Below, one piece after another: positions 29,576 through 39,181 of a DNA stretch of 64,000 nucleotides (the first letter of the stretch is position 1; each line of letters starts with the position of its first letter). The notes under the pieces are model-generated. The model was not told the DNA's origin. It searched no databases and saw only the letters and a program-made list of their open reading frames with translations. The stretch is from the NCBI GenBank assembly GCA_020353515.1, contig CP070695.1:2294866-2358865 (forward strand). Direction: 5' to 3'. The DNA is from Candidatus Heimdallarchaeota archaeon. Its GTDB lineage: Archaea; Asgardarchaeota; Heimdallarchaeia; Hodarchaeales; Hodarchaeaceae. Position numbers and translations under genes: made by a program.

Positions 29576-29897
29576 GTTATTTCTTCCTGACTTAGTATCA
29601 ACTTGTCTATCGTCCTATATCGAATGATGAAATATTGATTAAAAGGAGATCTTTTTTATTATCATACTATTCATTATTAACAACTTGAAAATGTATTATT
29701 CGGAAGATGAGATTTTTATTTCATCCTGAAATCATCCCATAAGAGTGAATCTTAAAAGCTGATTTAAAGTATAACAGGTTACTCACCCTGCACTGATGCT
29801 ATTATCTTTTCAGGGCAGCATCATATATTCCTATGGTACTTACAAAGCATATTTTTCAAAATATTGATAAATAATTGGTCTTAATGAGGAAAACCTT

Positions 29898-30383
29898 GTG
29901 TCACCAAAGAGAATTATTGTCCAACAAATATTATGTGTGAGAATCACTGATGACACTAGTAAAGCTCCTGGTTTTCAAATATCTGGTTTAAAAGATTTCG
30001 GCCAAGATGAAACAACAGCTAAAGTTGGCTTTATAATTTCAGGGATTCGTGTTGTAGCCTTCCAACAAGTTATTGGTATGGGAATTCGGACAAGAGTCAA
30101 GTGGATACCAACTGGTTTTGAGATTCGAGAAGAAATCCATCCCCTAGATGGAGTAGTTGTTGACCTTCAACGACGTAATAATGTCATTTTTGTTGATGGA
30201 AAAGATAATTCTGCTGTTGTTATGCAGGGAGAGCCAACAATCCAAGAAAATGGTTTTATTGGTCAAATCCTTCAGGTCAAATGGCAAGATAACGAGATCC
30301 ATATTACTCCCCTCCAGAAACAATCGAGTTTTCATTGTGTTTTAAATCCAAAGAACAATAGAATTGACTGTTTAGTCAAATAA
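29898..30383 (+). CDS. Hypothetical beta-rich protein
   Basis: 161-aa ORF, GTG start after GAGG; no family recognised. Confidence 0.7.
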   Translation: MSPKRIIVQQILCVRITDDTSKAPGFQISGLKDFGQDETTAKVGFIISGIRVVAFQQVIGMGIRTRVKWIPTGFEIREEIHPLDGVVVDLQRRNNVIFVDGKDNSAVVMQGEPTIQENGFIGQILQVKWQDNEIHITPLQKQSSFHCVLNPKNNRIDCLVK

Positions 30384-30437
30384 ATATTCTAAAGACGAAC
30401 GTTCCCTTTCTTCTAGCGATATGCACTAAACACAAAG

Positions 30438-30806
30438 TTAAACAATTATAGAATCAATTATTGTCTCGGTTCCAGAAATAATCCTCGTGGAATAACTTTT
30501 GCAGTTTGGACATTGAAAAAATGGAGCGAGTTCATTGTGTTCTTGAGAGAAGTCTTCAATTTTACCTTCAAAAGTACAACTTTCGCACTCTAGTTCTCCA
30601 GGCGTCCAAATTATTTCTAGTTCAGATTTAGCTGTCAAATCAGAATCAGCTTTAATTAAATCAAAACAAAAACGGAATTGATCTTCTTGTACTAAGGCAA
30701 ATATTCCAAATTTTAAAATAACCTTTCTTATTCTCTCTACACTCCTTTCTTGTGCAATGCTCATTGTAGTCTCAAGTACTGATTGCGCGAGAGAGAATTC
30801 ATGCAT
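30438..30806 (-). CDS. hypA: Hydrogenase nickel metallochaperone HypA
   Basis: MHE N-terminus and two CxxC motifs. Confidence 0.95.
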   Translation of the reverse strand: MHEFSLAQSVLETTMSIAQERSVERIRKVILKFGIFALVQEDQFRFCFDLIKADSDLTAKSELEIIWTPGELECESCTFEGKIEDFSQEHNELAPFFQCPNCKSYSTRIISGTETIIDSIIV

Positions 30807-30877
30807 TTTTATTCAGGAAAGGGTCCTTGGAAGAGATTAAAAAAAATTTTTGTGATGGCTTATATGAGGTACATATT

Positions 30878-31534
30878 ATGCCAGATGTTCGAAAAATCAC
30901 GATTGACCAAAAGATTCAAGAAGCAAATGACCTAATAGCTGATAGAATACGGGAAAAACGACGAGAGTACAATATTCCGATGGTTGACATTATGGGGAGT
31001 GTTGGATCAGGAAAAACCTCAATCCTTGAGTTTTTTGCTCAAAAATACCGTTCTTCTCATAAAATATTGGTAATAAATGGTGATTTAGCAACAGATATTG
31101 ATGCTCAACGTATTGGTCGACATGGAAGCACATGTCTTCAGATCAATACAGGAAGGGGATGTCACCTCTTAGCTTTCCAAATTGAGAGCGCCTTTGAAGA
31201 GATTGACTTGACGAATTATGATTTTATTTTTGTAGAAAATGTTGGGAACTTAATCTGTCCTTCTGCAACAGATGTGGGAGCAGATAAAAAAATTGCTGTA
31301 ACAAGTATAACAGAAGGGCCATATGTTTTTCAGAAACATCCTATAACCTTTAAAATAAGTCAATTGGCTGTATTAAATAAGATTGATCTTGCTCCTGCAA
31401 TGGAACTTGATGTTGATTCAATCATTTCTCAAGCTAATGACCTATACCCTCTACTAGAAACAATTCCAACAAGTACTAAAACTGGAACAGGAATGGATGT
31501 ACTGGCTAAAAGAGTCGGTTTAGAACCGAAATGA
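30878..31534 (+). CDS. hypB: Hydrogenase nickel incorporation GTPase HypB
   Basis: GSGKT, TGRGCHL, ENVGNLICP and NKIDL; start at MPDVRK after GAGGT. Confidence 0.95.
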   Translation: MPDVRKITIDQKIQEANDLIADRIREKRREYNIPMVDIMGSVGSGKTSILEFFAQKYRSSHKILVINGDLATDIDAQRIGRHGSTCLQINTGRGCHLLAFQIESAFEEIDLTNYDFIFVENVGNLICPSATDVGADKKIAVTSITEGPYVFQKHPITFKISQLAVLNKIDLAPAMELDVDSIISQANDLYPLLETIPTSTKTGTGMDVLAKRVGLEPK

Positions 31535-31590
31535 ATCGTTTTGATTGAATGTAGAAAAGAGAATGAAGGAAAGAAGAGAGCTAAAAAGTA

Positions 31591-32859
31591 TTAGAAAAGA
31601 CCTAAGAACTTCTTTCTACTCTTTTTTGGTTCAACTGGAAGGTTATTTTCATCTTCAATTGTAAATCGTGCTGAAGGAAATCCTCTTTTCGCTTCTTCCC
31701 TTTTTTGAGGCGAGATCACGGAGAAAGGAGAATCGAGATCAGATAATAACGACTCTAAATCACTTTTAGAATAATATAATCCATCGCTCTCTGTTAAAGG
31801 AGAGTGAACATCACTTAAAACGACAATAACACGTATTTTACTTCCCAAATCGGGGTTTATGGTTGCACCCCAGATTATTTCTGCCGAATTGTCAATTTCT
31901 GATGCAATTTTCATTACTGCCTCTTCGGCATCTTTCAAAGCCAGACCCTCTCCTCCTGAAACACAAATTAATCCTTTTTTCGCACTGCTAATATCTAAGT
32001 CATCTAATAATGGATTTTTAAGAGATTCAAAAACTGCCTCATCAACTTTCATCTGTTGATGGTCAGATTCTCCAAGACCTATCATCGCCATCCCTCCTTC
32101 AGTCAAAATTTTTCGAACATCAGCAAAATCAAGATTAATTAATTGGGGTTTGGTGATTAACTCTGTAATAGCTTTAACTGCTCGAAGCAGTACTTCATCT
32201 GCAATTCTAAATGCAGCCATCATGGTTATATCATCAGATATTTGGAGAAGTTTCTCGTTAGGAACAACGATGACAGTATCTGATGCTTCATATAATTTCT
32301 TTAATCCCGTCCTAGCATTTTCATATCTTTTGACGCCTTCCATTTGAAAAGGTAATGTACAAATAGATACGGTAAGAGCTCCCTTTTCTTTTGCTTGTTT
32401 CGCAATAACATGTGCTGCGCCTGTTCCTGTCCCACCTCCTAGACCACAAGTGACAAAAACCATATTTGCATGATTTATCGTGGCTTTAATATCATCCAGT
32501 GATTCACGAGCAGCAGTCTCCCCAATTTCTGGATTATTTCCCGCTCCAAATCCACGGGAAGTGTCTTTACCTATTAATAGCTTTTTATGAGCACGAGTTG
32601 ATAATAAATGCTGAGCATCAGTGTTTACTGCAACACATTCAGCATCTACACCTGCATTCATTAAACGGTACACAGCGTTGTTACCTGCTCCACCTACTCC
32701 AACAACTTGAACTCGAGGTAACCTTTCTGTGAGTATATCAGCTATTTCATTTTCTACTTTTGGAGGAGCAGAGTAAAGAGATACAGGTTCATTTTTCGGC
32801 TCGCCTAAGTTCTTAAATGATCCTGATCCGTTTAAAGCATCTTTTAAAATCGATTCCAT
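31591..32859 (-). CDS. ftsZ: Cell division protein FtsZ with a long C-terminal tail
   Basis: [24 protein letters not shown] and T7 loop INLDFAD; start placed at MESILK. Confidence 0.96.
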   Translation of the reverse strand: MESILKDALNGSGSFKNLGEPKNEPVSLYSAPPKVENEIADILTERLPRVQVVGVGGAGNNAVYRLMNAGVDAECVAVNTDAQHLLSTRAHKKLLIGKDTSRGFGAGNNPEIGETAARESLDDIKATINHANMVFVTCGLGGGTGTGAAHVIAKQAKEKGALTVSICTLPFQMEGVKRYENARTGLKKLYEASDTVIVVPNEKLLQISDDITMMAAFRIADEVLLRAVKAITELITKPQLINLDFADVRKILTEGGMAMIGLGESDHQQMKVDEAVFESLKNPLLDDLDISSAKKGLICVSGGEGLALKDAEEAVMKIASEIDNSAEIIWGATINPDLGSKIRVIVVLSDVHSPLTESDGLYYSKSDLESLLSDLDSPFSVISPQKREEAKRGFPSARFTIEDENNLPVEPKKSRKKFLGLF

Positions 32860-33049
32860 ATAATGGTCCTTCCTTCTATAGCTCAATAATTTATCCGACA
32901 AAAAAGATAAAGGAGATGATGTCATTCTCATAATATGGGATGAGAGATCTTGTTTTCTATTAAAATCATAGAAATAATGATTAATTTTATTCATAGAGGG
33001 AAGACTGCTAATGATTATTCACTCTATCATACAAGTAAAAAAACTAAAA

Positions 33050-33123
33050 TGGGTTCGGAGGGATTTGAACCCCCGATCTTGCGCGCCCCAGGCGCAGATC
33101 CTACCAAACTAGACCACGAACCC
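33050..33123 (-). tRNA. tRNA-Pro(GGG), no intron
   Basis: GGGTTCG/CGAACCC acceptor; tgcgc-CTGGGGC-gcgca anticodon arm; GTTCAAATC T loop. Confidence 0.95.
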
Positions 33124-33386
33124 ATTTTTTGCCTGTTGTTAGACCTTTATATCATTAAATCTCTAAAATGATGATATTCAGGCATTATTGGATGAGAAAA
33201 CCCTTTTCATAATCTAGTTGTTCATTTATAGGTTATTTTTGGGCAGAAAACACCATAAAATCTAGAAATAAAAAGTTGTTCCACCACTAAGAGTGAATAA
33301 TGTGGACTTTCTAGTTTGAAAAAGGATTTGAAAGGAATCATTGTCGCAACGAATAAACCATAAAAAATTGGAGATGATCAAATCCA

Positions 33387-34496
33387 TTGGAATATCAATC
33401 CAAAATATTGCCAAAAAGGGATAAATCACTTAAAAGCGCTCAAAAAATGAAATCTTTGACATTATTACCTGTAGGTTATCCTTTACGCGCCAAGAGCGAA
33501 GATATCTCACCATTTTTAACCACTGATGATCCAACTTTGTTTCAACACTATGCTCGTAGTCAGTGGACTGGATTGATCGTTAAAGAGGGGGATTTTTTAT
33601 TTGACTCTTTATTATTCCCTGATTATGCTTTCCGTGCCATTATTGTAAAGCCTAATGAGTCACAAATATCTAAAAATACCGAAATTGTCCTTTTTTCAGA
33701 AGAAACACCTGATCCTCCCATTACACAGTCACAAGAACTAGTACAGCTTTCAGATATTATTGGTCAAGAACAAGCAAAAGAAAAATGTCAAGTTATTGCA
33801 AAATTCTTAAAAAATCCAGATTTAGTTCAGTCCGTCTGGGCTCCTCGTAATATTCTTTTCTGGGGACCTCCTGGGAATGGAAAAACAATGATGGCAAGAG
33901 CTTTATCTCAAACTACAAGCTATACGATGTTTTTAATTAAAGCTAGTGACCTCTTAGGAGTTTATGCAGGCGATGGTGCTCGAAAAATCAAGAATTTATA
34001 TGTTGAGGCTAGAAAAAAGGCCCCAGCAATAGTATTTATTGACGAACTCGATTCTATCGCTCTCAAACGGAGTTACCAAAGCATTAGAGGAGATGTTATT
34101 GAGCTTGTCAATGCTTTATTAGGTGAGATGGACGGTGTTGAAAAAAATCAGGGGGTTGTAACGATTGGCTCCACAAATCAACCTAAAATTCTTGATTCTG
34201 CTATTTTAAGTCGCTTCGAGGAGTTAATTGAGTTTAAGTTACCAAACGCTGAAGAACGTAAAAAAATCCTTGAAAAGTATGCCTCCACATCTCCTATTCA
34301 ATTTAATGCAGTTCAATGGAATTTTATTGTTCAGGAAACTCAGAAATGGTCAGCAAGAGACTTGAAAGAGAAAATCATAAAGAACGCGATTCACAATGCG
34401 ATTCTACAAGAAAATTCACAAATATCTCTAGCAGACATAAAAATTATCATGCGAAAAACCACAACATTAAAAGAATCATTACCTCATTACTCTTGA
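33387..34496 (+). CDS. Archaeal AAA+ ATPase (COG1223-type)
   Basis: LFQHYARSQW N-domain, WAPRNILFWGPPGNGKT, FIDELD and Q.IRGDV.E.VNALL. Confidence 0.9.
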   Translation: MEYQSKILPKRDKSLKSAQKMKSLTLLPVGYPLRAKSEDISPFLTTDDPTLFQHYARSQWTGLIVKEGDFLFDSLLFPDYAFRAIIVKPNESQISKNTEIVLFSEETPDPPITQSQELVQLSDIIGQEQAKEKCQVIAKFLKNPDLVQSVWAPRNILFWGPPGNGKTMMARALSQTTSYTMFLIKASDLLGVYAGDGARKIKNLYVEARKKAPAIVFIDELDSIALKRSYQSIRGDVIELVNALLGEMDGVEKNQGVVTIGSTNQPKILDSAILSRFEELIEFKLPNAEERKKILEKYASTSPIQFNAVQWNFIVQETQKWSARDLKEKIIKNAIHNAILQENSQISLADIKIIMRKTTTLKESLPHYS

Positions 34497-34510
34497 GCTA
34501 TGGCCTAACA

Positions 34511-35632
34511 ATGAAAGATCCTGACAAAGAAGACAAATTTTTCTTCCTTCTTTCGGGAGAGAATCCTGAACTGGCCGTTTTTGAGTTTAAAAGTATTATC
34601 TCAACCTTGGATATTCCATTAAATTTGAAAGTTAGCTCCGATAATAGAGTGATGAACTTACATATCCTACCTAAAAACGGTGTAAAAAATACTTCAGAAG
34701 TTCTATCCTATCTTATGGAACGACTCACACTGGTTCATTTTTGTTGTTCTCATTTTTTTCAAGTTGAATTCAAACAAACCCCTCCTGAATCGTTTAATGA
34801 GTTAATCTCTAACCATAAAATCACTGTAGTTCAGGATTTAACACCAAGCAAATCTTTTTCTGTTATTACAAAGAGGATTGGAGAACCTCTTGAGAGATAT
34901 AAACCGCGAGCGATGTCCCTCAAACTCTCTAGATATTTAGGCGCTCAGATCATCAAACAAAATCCCACTAAACAGGTAAATCTTGATGATCCTCAAGAAA
35001 AATTCATCGCTATCTTAAGTAAACATGGCCTTTGGTTTGGTAAACTGATTTCTTATTCTCTTAGAAAAGATGTTCAACAAAGAGCAGCTCATAAGCGTCC
35101 TTTTTTCCATCCAAGTTCAATGAATCCTCTATTACAACGTACAATGGTAAATTTAGCAGCTATTAAACCTAATGAGTGGATGTTAGATCCTTTTTGCGGA
35201 ACAGGTGGAGCTCTGATTGAGGCATCAAGACTTGAAATTCGCAGTGTTGGTATTGAAATAAACCCTAAAATCTTATGGGGAGCTTACCAGAACCTTAAAG
35301 TTGATAGGATTACCAAGGATTTAGCAGATTTAATATTCGGAGATGCTATTCAACTACCTTTTAGAATGAATTCCATTTCTGCTATCGTTACAGATCCTCC
35401 TTATGGCACTGCTTCTTCAACACGTGGTTTCGATCTTCAAGATTTGTTGTTGGACTTTTTTCGGGCAATTCGTTACATTTTAACTTCAAACGCACGGGTT
35501 GTTATCGCTGTACCCTCTTACTTAAAAATTGAGGACAATCTTGCTCAAATCTTAGATGCTTCCTATGTGAAATTTCTTCATTATGTCCATAGGTCTCTTA
35601 CACGGAAAATTTTAGTCTTTTCCCTCCCATAA
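34511..35632 (+). CDS. tRNA m2G10 methyltransferase (Trm11/TrmG10; THUMP + SAM domain)
   Basis: LLSGE, RPFFHPSSM, DPFCGTGG, TDPPYG and VHRSLTR; start at MKDPD. Confidence 0.9.
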   Translation: MKDPDKEDKFFFLLSGENPELAVFEFKSIISTLDIPLNLKVSSDNRVMNLHILPKNGVKNTSEVLSYLMERLTLVHFCCSHFFQVEFKQTPPESFNELISNHKITVVQDLTPSKSFSVITKRIGEPLERYKPRAMSLKLSRYLGAQIIKQNPTKQVNLDDPQEKFIAILSKHGLWFGKLISYSLRKDVQQRAAHKRPFFHPSSMNPLLQRTMVNLAAIKPNEWMLDPFCGTGGALIEASRLEIRSVGIEINPKILWGAYQNLKVDRITKDLADLIFGDAIQLPFRMNSISAIVTDPPYGTASSTRGFDLQDLLLDFFRAIRYILTSNARVVIAVPSYLKIEDNLAQILDASYVKFLHYVHRSLTRKILVFSLP

Positions 35633-35906
35633 TAAAGTGAAATTGATATGTTTGAAGGGATGATAAGATTAGAAACCTCAATGAAGGTAATTCAATCGAT
35701 GGGCTAGCTTAAATAAGAGGATTTATACATGAAACATAGTCATTTAAAAGTCTGAATAAACCCAAGTTACATAGAACTTAGATCGAAAGTGAGTGACGTT
35801 TGTTACTTTTTTCGAACAACAAGGAATAAAGGTAATAAATGTCTATGAGTTGGCCTAATCATCTACTACCGTTCAGCTCATCGTCAAGAAATGCCGGAAT
35901 GTACAA

Positions 35907-37823
35907 ATGGAAAAAAATAAGAATGAATTAATTGACGTGGATATGGATTTCGAAACAACTCAAGAAATTCCGATTCCCTCAAGATTGGTTGACCAAGTAA
36001 TTGGACAAGATCAACCAGTAGAGATAATCAAAAAAGCTGCGATCCAACGACGAAATGTTCTTTTAATAGGGGATCCAGGTACAGGAAAATCTATGCTAGG
36101 GCAAGCCTTGGCTGAACTCCTACCACGAGAGGAATTAGAAGATATTTTATGTCTCCCAAATCAAAATGATTCCCATACTCCCCGTATAATGACAGTTCCA
36201 GCAATGGAAGGACGAAAAATTGTTGATCATTATAAGCAGTTGGCTCGAAAAGCGGATCAACAACGAAGTATGTTATTACTAGGAATCCCAGCAATAATAA
36301 TAATTCTAGCCATTCTTATGAGTGGGGGTGATATTAATGCAATACTTATGGGTATTTTTGTTGCATTAGTAGCTTTTTTTGTCATTGGTCAATTTAGAAG
36401 TAGAAGGGAAAATCTAGTACCAAAACTTTTAGTGGATAATTCAGAAAGCGTAAGTGCACCATTTAGTGATGCCACAGGAGCTCATGCAGGAGCTCTGTTA
36501 GGAGACGTTCGACATGATCCTTTCCAATCAGGCGGTTTAGGTACTCCTGCACACGATCGTGTTGAGGCTGGTTTAATTCACAAGTCACACAAGGGTGTTC
36601 TTTACATAGATGAAGTAGCCACACTTAACCAAAAGACCCAACAACAACTTTTAACGGCAATGCAAGAAAGACACTTAGCCATCACAGGACAATCTGAGCT
36701 TTCAAGTGGAGCTATGGTTCGGACTGAATCCGTTCCTTGTGATTTTGTTTTAGTAGCATCTGGAAATATTGATACTGTTAAGAGAATGCATCCAGCTTTA
36801 AGGTCACGTATCCGTGGGTATGGTTATGAAATCGCTGTTAACCATTCAATGCCTGATACAATGGAAAATCGACGTAAATTAGTACGGTTTACAGGACAAG
36901 AAGTTGCTAAAGATGGAAAAATACCTCACTTCACACGAAGTGCGGTATTAGCCATAATTTTAGAGGCTAAAAAACGCGCAGATCGTAAAAACAGGTTATC
37001 ACTCCGATTAAGAGATCTTGGTGGATTGATAAGAGCGGCTGGCGATATTGCACGCGAAGAAGGGGTTCCATTTACAGAGGTTCGTCATGTTTTAAGCGCC
37101 AGAGGCCTTGCTCGCTCTCTTGAGAATCAGATAGCTGACCGTCAAATCGAACATAAAAAAGAATATCAGGTTATTCAAACTACAGGTGGTTTAGTTGGTC
37201 GTGTTAACGGTCTTGCAGTAATCGCTGACCAAACAGGGGGAGCTCGTGGAGGCCATATAACACCAATCGAAGCACAGGTTGTTCCTGCTCAAGGAGTAGG
37301 TGGAAAAACAATAGCTACAGGGAGTCTTCGTGTAATAGCAAGAGAATCAGTTCAAAATGTCTCTGCTCTCATCAAAAAATATACAGGAAAAGATATTTCA
37401 AAGATGGATGTTCATATCCAATTCTTAGGAGTTCATGGGATTGATGGTGATAGCGCAAGCGTCACTATTGCAACTGCGATTATGAGTGATCTACTAAATC
37501 TTCCAGTTCGGCAAGATCTGGCAATGACAGGTTCCCTTTCAGTTCGTGGTGAGGTACTTCCAGTAGGGGGAACATCTGCAAAAATTGAAGGAGCCGCTTC
37601 GGTTGGAATTAACCAGATAATAATACCTGCTGCAAACTTTGATGACGTTGTACTGGACGAAAAAATTCGAGAATCAGTTCAAGTGACTCCAGTTAAAACT
37701 ATCGACGAGGTTTTAGCCATCGCGTTAATTGGTTGGGACAAAAAGAAGCACGTTTCTGCTATTACTACTTCTCAACCTAAAAGAGTTCCTTCCCCAACAA
37801 AAACTGTTGGATCACCAAGTTGA
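35907..37823 (+). CDS. lonB: Membrane-anchored ATP-dependent protease LonB
   Basis: GDPGTGKS, two TMs, DPFQSGGLGTP, catalytic DGDSAS and downstream Lys (VGGTSAK). Confidence 0.96.
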   Translation: MEKNKNELIDVDMDFETTQEIPIPSRLVDQVIGQDQPVEIIKKAAIQRRNVLLIGDPGTGKSMLGQALAELLPREELEDILCLPNQNDSHTPRIMTVPAMEGRKIVDHYKQLARKADQQRSMLLLGIPAIIIILAILMSGGDINAILMGIFVALVAFFVIGQFRSRRENLVPKLLVDNSESVSAPFSDATGAHAGALLGDVRHDPFQSGGLGTPAHDRVEAGLIHKSHKGVLYIDEVATLNQKTQQQLLTAMQERHLAITGQSELSSGAMVRTESVPCDFVLVASGNIDTVKRMHPALRSRIRGYGYEIAVNHSMPDTMENRRKLVRFTGQEVAKDGKIPHFTRSAVLAIILEAKKRADRKNRLSLRLRDLGGLIRAAGDIAREEGVPFTEVRHVLSARGLARSLENQIADRQIEHKKEYQVIQTTGGLVGRVNGLAVIADQTGGARGGHITPIEAQVVPAQGVGGKTIATGSLRVIARESVQNVSALIKKYTGKDISKMDVHIQFLGVHGIDGDSASVTIATAIMSDLLNLPVRQDLAMTGSLSVRGEVLPVGGTSAKIEGAASVGINQIIIPAANFDDVVLDEKIRESVQVTPVKTIDEVLAIALIGWDKKKHVSAITTSQPKRVPSPTKTVGSPS

Positions 37824-37965
37824 TATACTCTTTTTTTGATCAGGAAGCTTTCTTTCTTGTTCAAAAAAGGTACCAATTAAGATTTTTTCCTTTTTATATT
37901 GATATTACTCAGTCTACGAAAAGCTAACTCCCAGATTCTCTTAAAAAATACTATATGAATTAATA

Positions 37966-38094
37966 CGGGCCCTGTGAGATTTGAACTCACGACCTCTAAG
38001 GAGGAAAATCGGAAAACCGACATCTTGCTCCGGAGGCAAGCGCTCGATCTAGGAACTCACTCTAAGAGCTCTATCCAGGCTAAGCTAAGGGCCC
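37966..38094 (-). tRNA. tRNA-Arg(CCG) with two introns (about 20a/21 at 38047-38072; about 41/42 at 37998-38025)
   Basis: GGGCCCT/AGGGCCC acceptor; cttgc-CTCCGGA-gcaag anticodon arm; 129 nt = 75 + 26 + 28. Confidence 0.9.
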
Positions 38095-38110
38095 ACAAAT
38101 GCGTTATTAG

Positions 38111-38214
38111 CGGACTCGGGGGGATTTGAACCCCCGACCCTCTGCTGGCTCTTCAAAATCAAATTAAGATTAGAATAGGAGGCAGATGCTCTATCCAAGC
38201 TAAGCCACGAGTCC
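38111..38214 (-). tRNA. tRNA-Arg(CCT) with a 29-nt canonical 37/38 intron (38147-38175)
   Basis: GGACTCG/CGAGTCC acceptor; tctgc-CTCCTA|A-gcaga anticodon arm. Confidence 0.93.
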
Positions 38215-38233
38215 ACTTATGATTAGGCGAGTA

Positions 38234-38341
38234 TGGCGGATCCGAGGGGATTTGAACCCCCGACCTGCGACTTAGAAGGCCGCCGCTCTTTCAAGGAGAT
38301 ATATTTTCTCATAAACTCTATCCAGGCTAAGCCACGGATCC
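38234..38341 (-). tRNA. tRNA-Arg(TCT) with a 30-nt D-loop intron (38290-38319); 3' CCA is encoded
   Basis: GGATCCG/CGGATCC acceptor followed by GCCA; gcggc-CTTCTAA-gtcgc anticodon arm. Confidence 0.92.
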
Positions 38342-38651
38342 AATAAAACCTTTAAATAAAGTCTTAGTACACCAACACTGAATTAAACAATCCTAATGCC
38401 AGAAGGATTGGTATTTACAAGCAAAATTGAAAAATTATTGCTTTTTTAAGAATTCTCTTTTTCTCTTAAAAATCCCATTTTTCATAAGATTGCTATTGTT
38501 TGCAATAATAAAAACCATTAAAATTCTTTAAAGAGAATTGAGTTACTTTGAGACGAATTGATCCAAAAATAAAACGATTACGTAAGAAAAATCAAAATTA
38601 AGAACCATGGTATGGGCTTAATCTAAATTAACGTATATTTTTGGGCATATT

Positions 38652-38885
38652 TTACTTTTTAGAACCTAAATACCAATCCAAATATTCTCTATTTCTTTTC
38701 CGTTTTTTATCCTGCTCTCCAAGGCCTTCCTCGTATTGTGCTTCCAATAACGCGTCTTTTTGTTGTTGTACCATGCGTTCATATTCCTGACGACGGAGAG
38801 CTAGTCCGCAAACACTGCACACATAGAATGGCGGGTTCCATTTCGATATGCCACCACATTCTGGACATGATGCCAGTGCATTCAC
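38652..38885 (-). CDS. Small Zn-ribbon protein
   Basis: CPECGG...CSVCG, basic C-terminus, SD GAGGTG. Confidence 0.8.
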   Translation of the reverse strand: MNALASCPECGGISKWNPPFYVCSVCGLALRRQEYERMVQQQKDALLEAQYEEGLGEQDKKRKRNREYLDWYLGSKK

Positions 38886-39181
38886 CTCAATACTAACACT
38901 TATGTCACTAACTTCTATTAAAAGGTAATTACTTAAGTGTTGAAGATTGTTTCTCTTCTCGAAATATATCTGTTAGCTCACCTTTTCTCTAACATAAGGA
39001 TTGAAATTTCTTTCCATAAGTTAATGATAGTTAATACTTTTAGAGGAATTGATTAAAAATCAAGTAATATCATCTATTATCGGGAACCATTCAGTTAGAA
39101 GGATCCATCAATTAGGTGGTAAAAATACTTGGTGGTCGAAAAAATAATATAGACCTCCAAATAGAAACCAAGTGAAATGTA

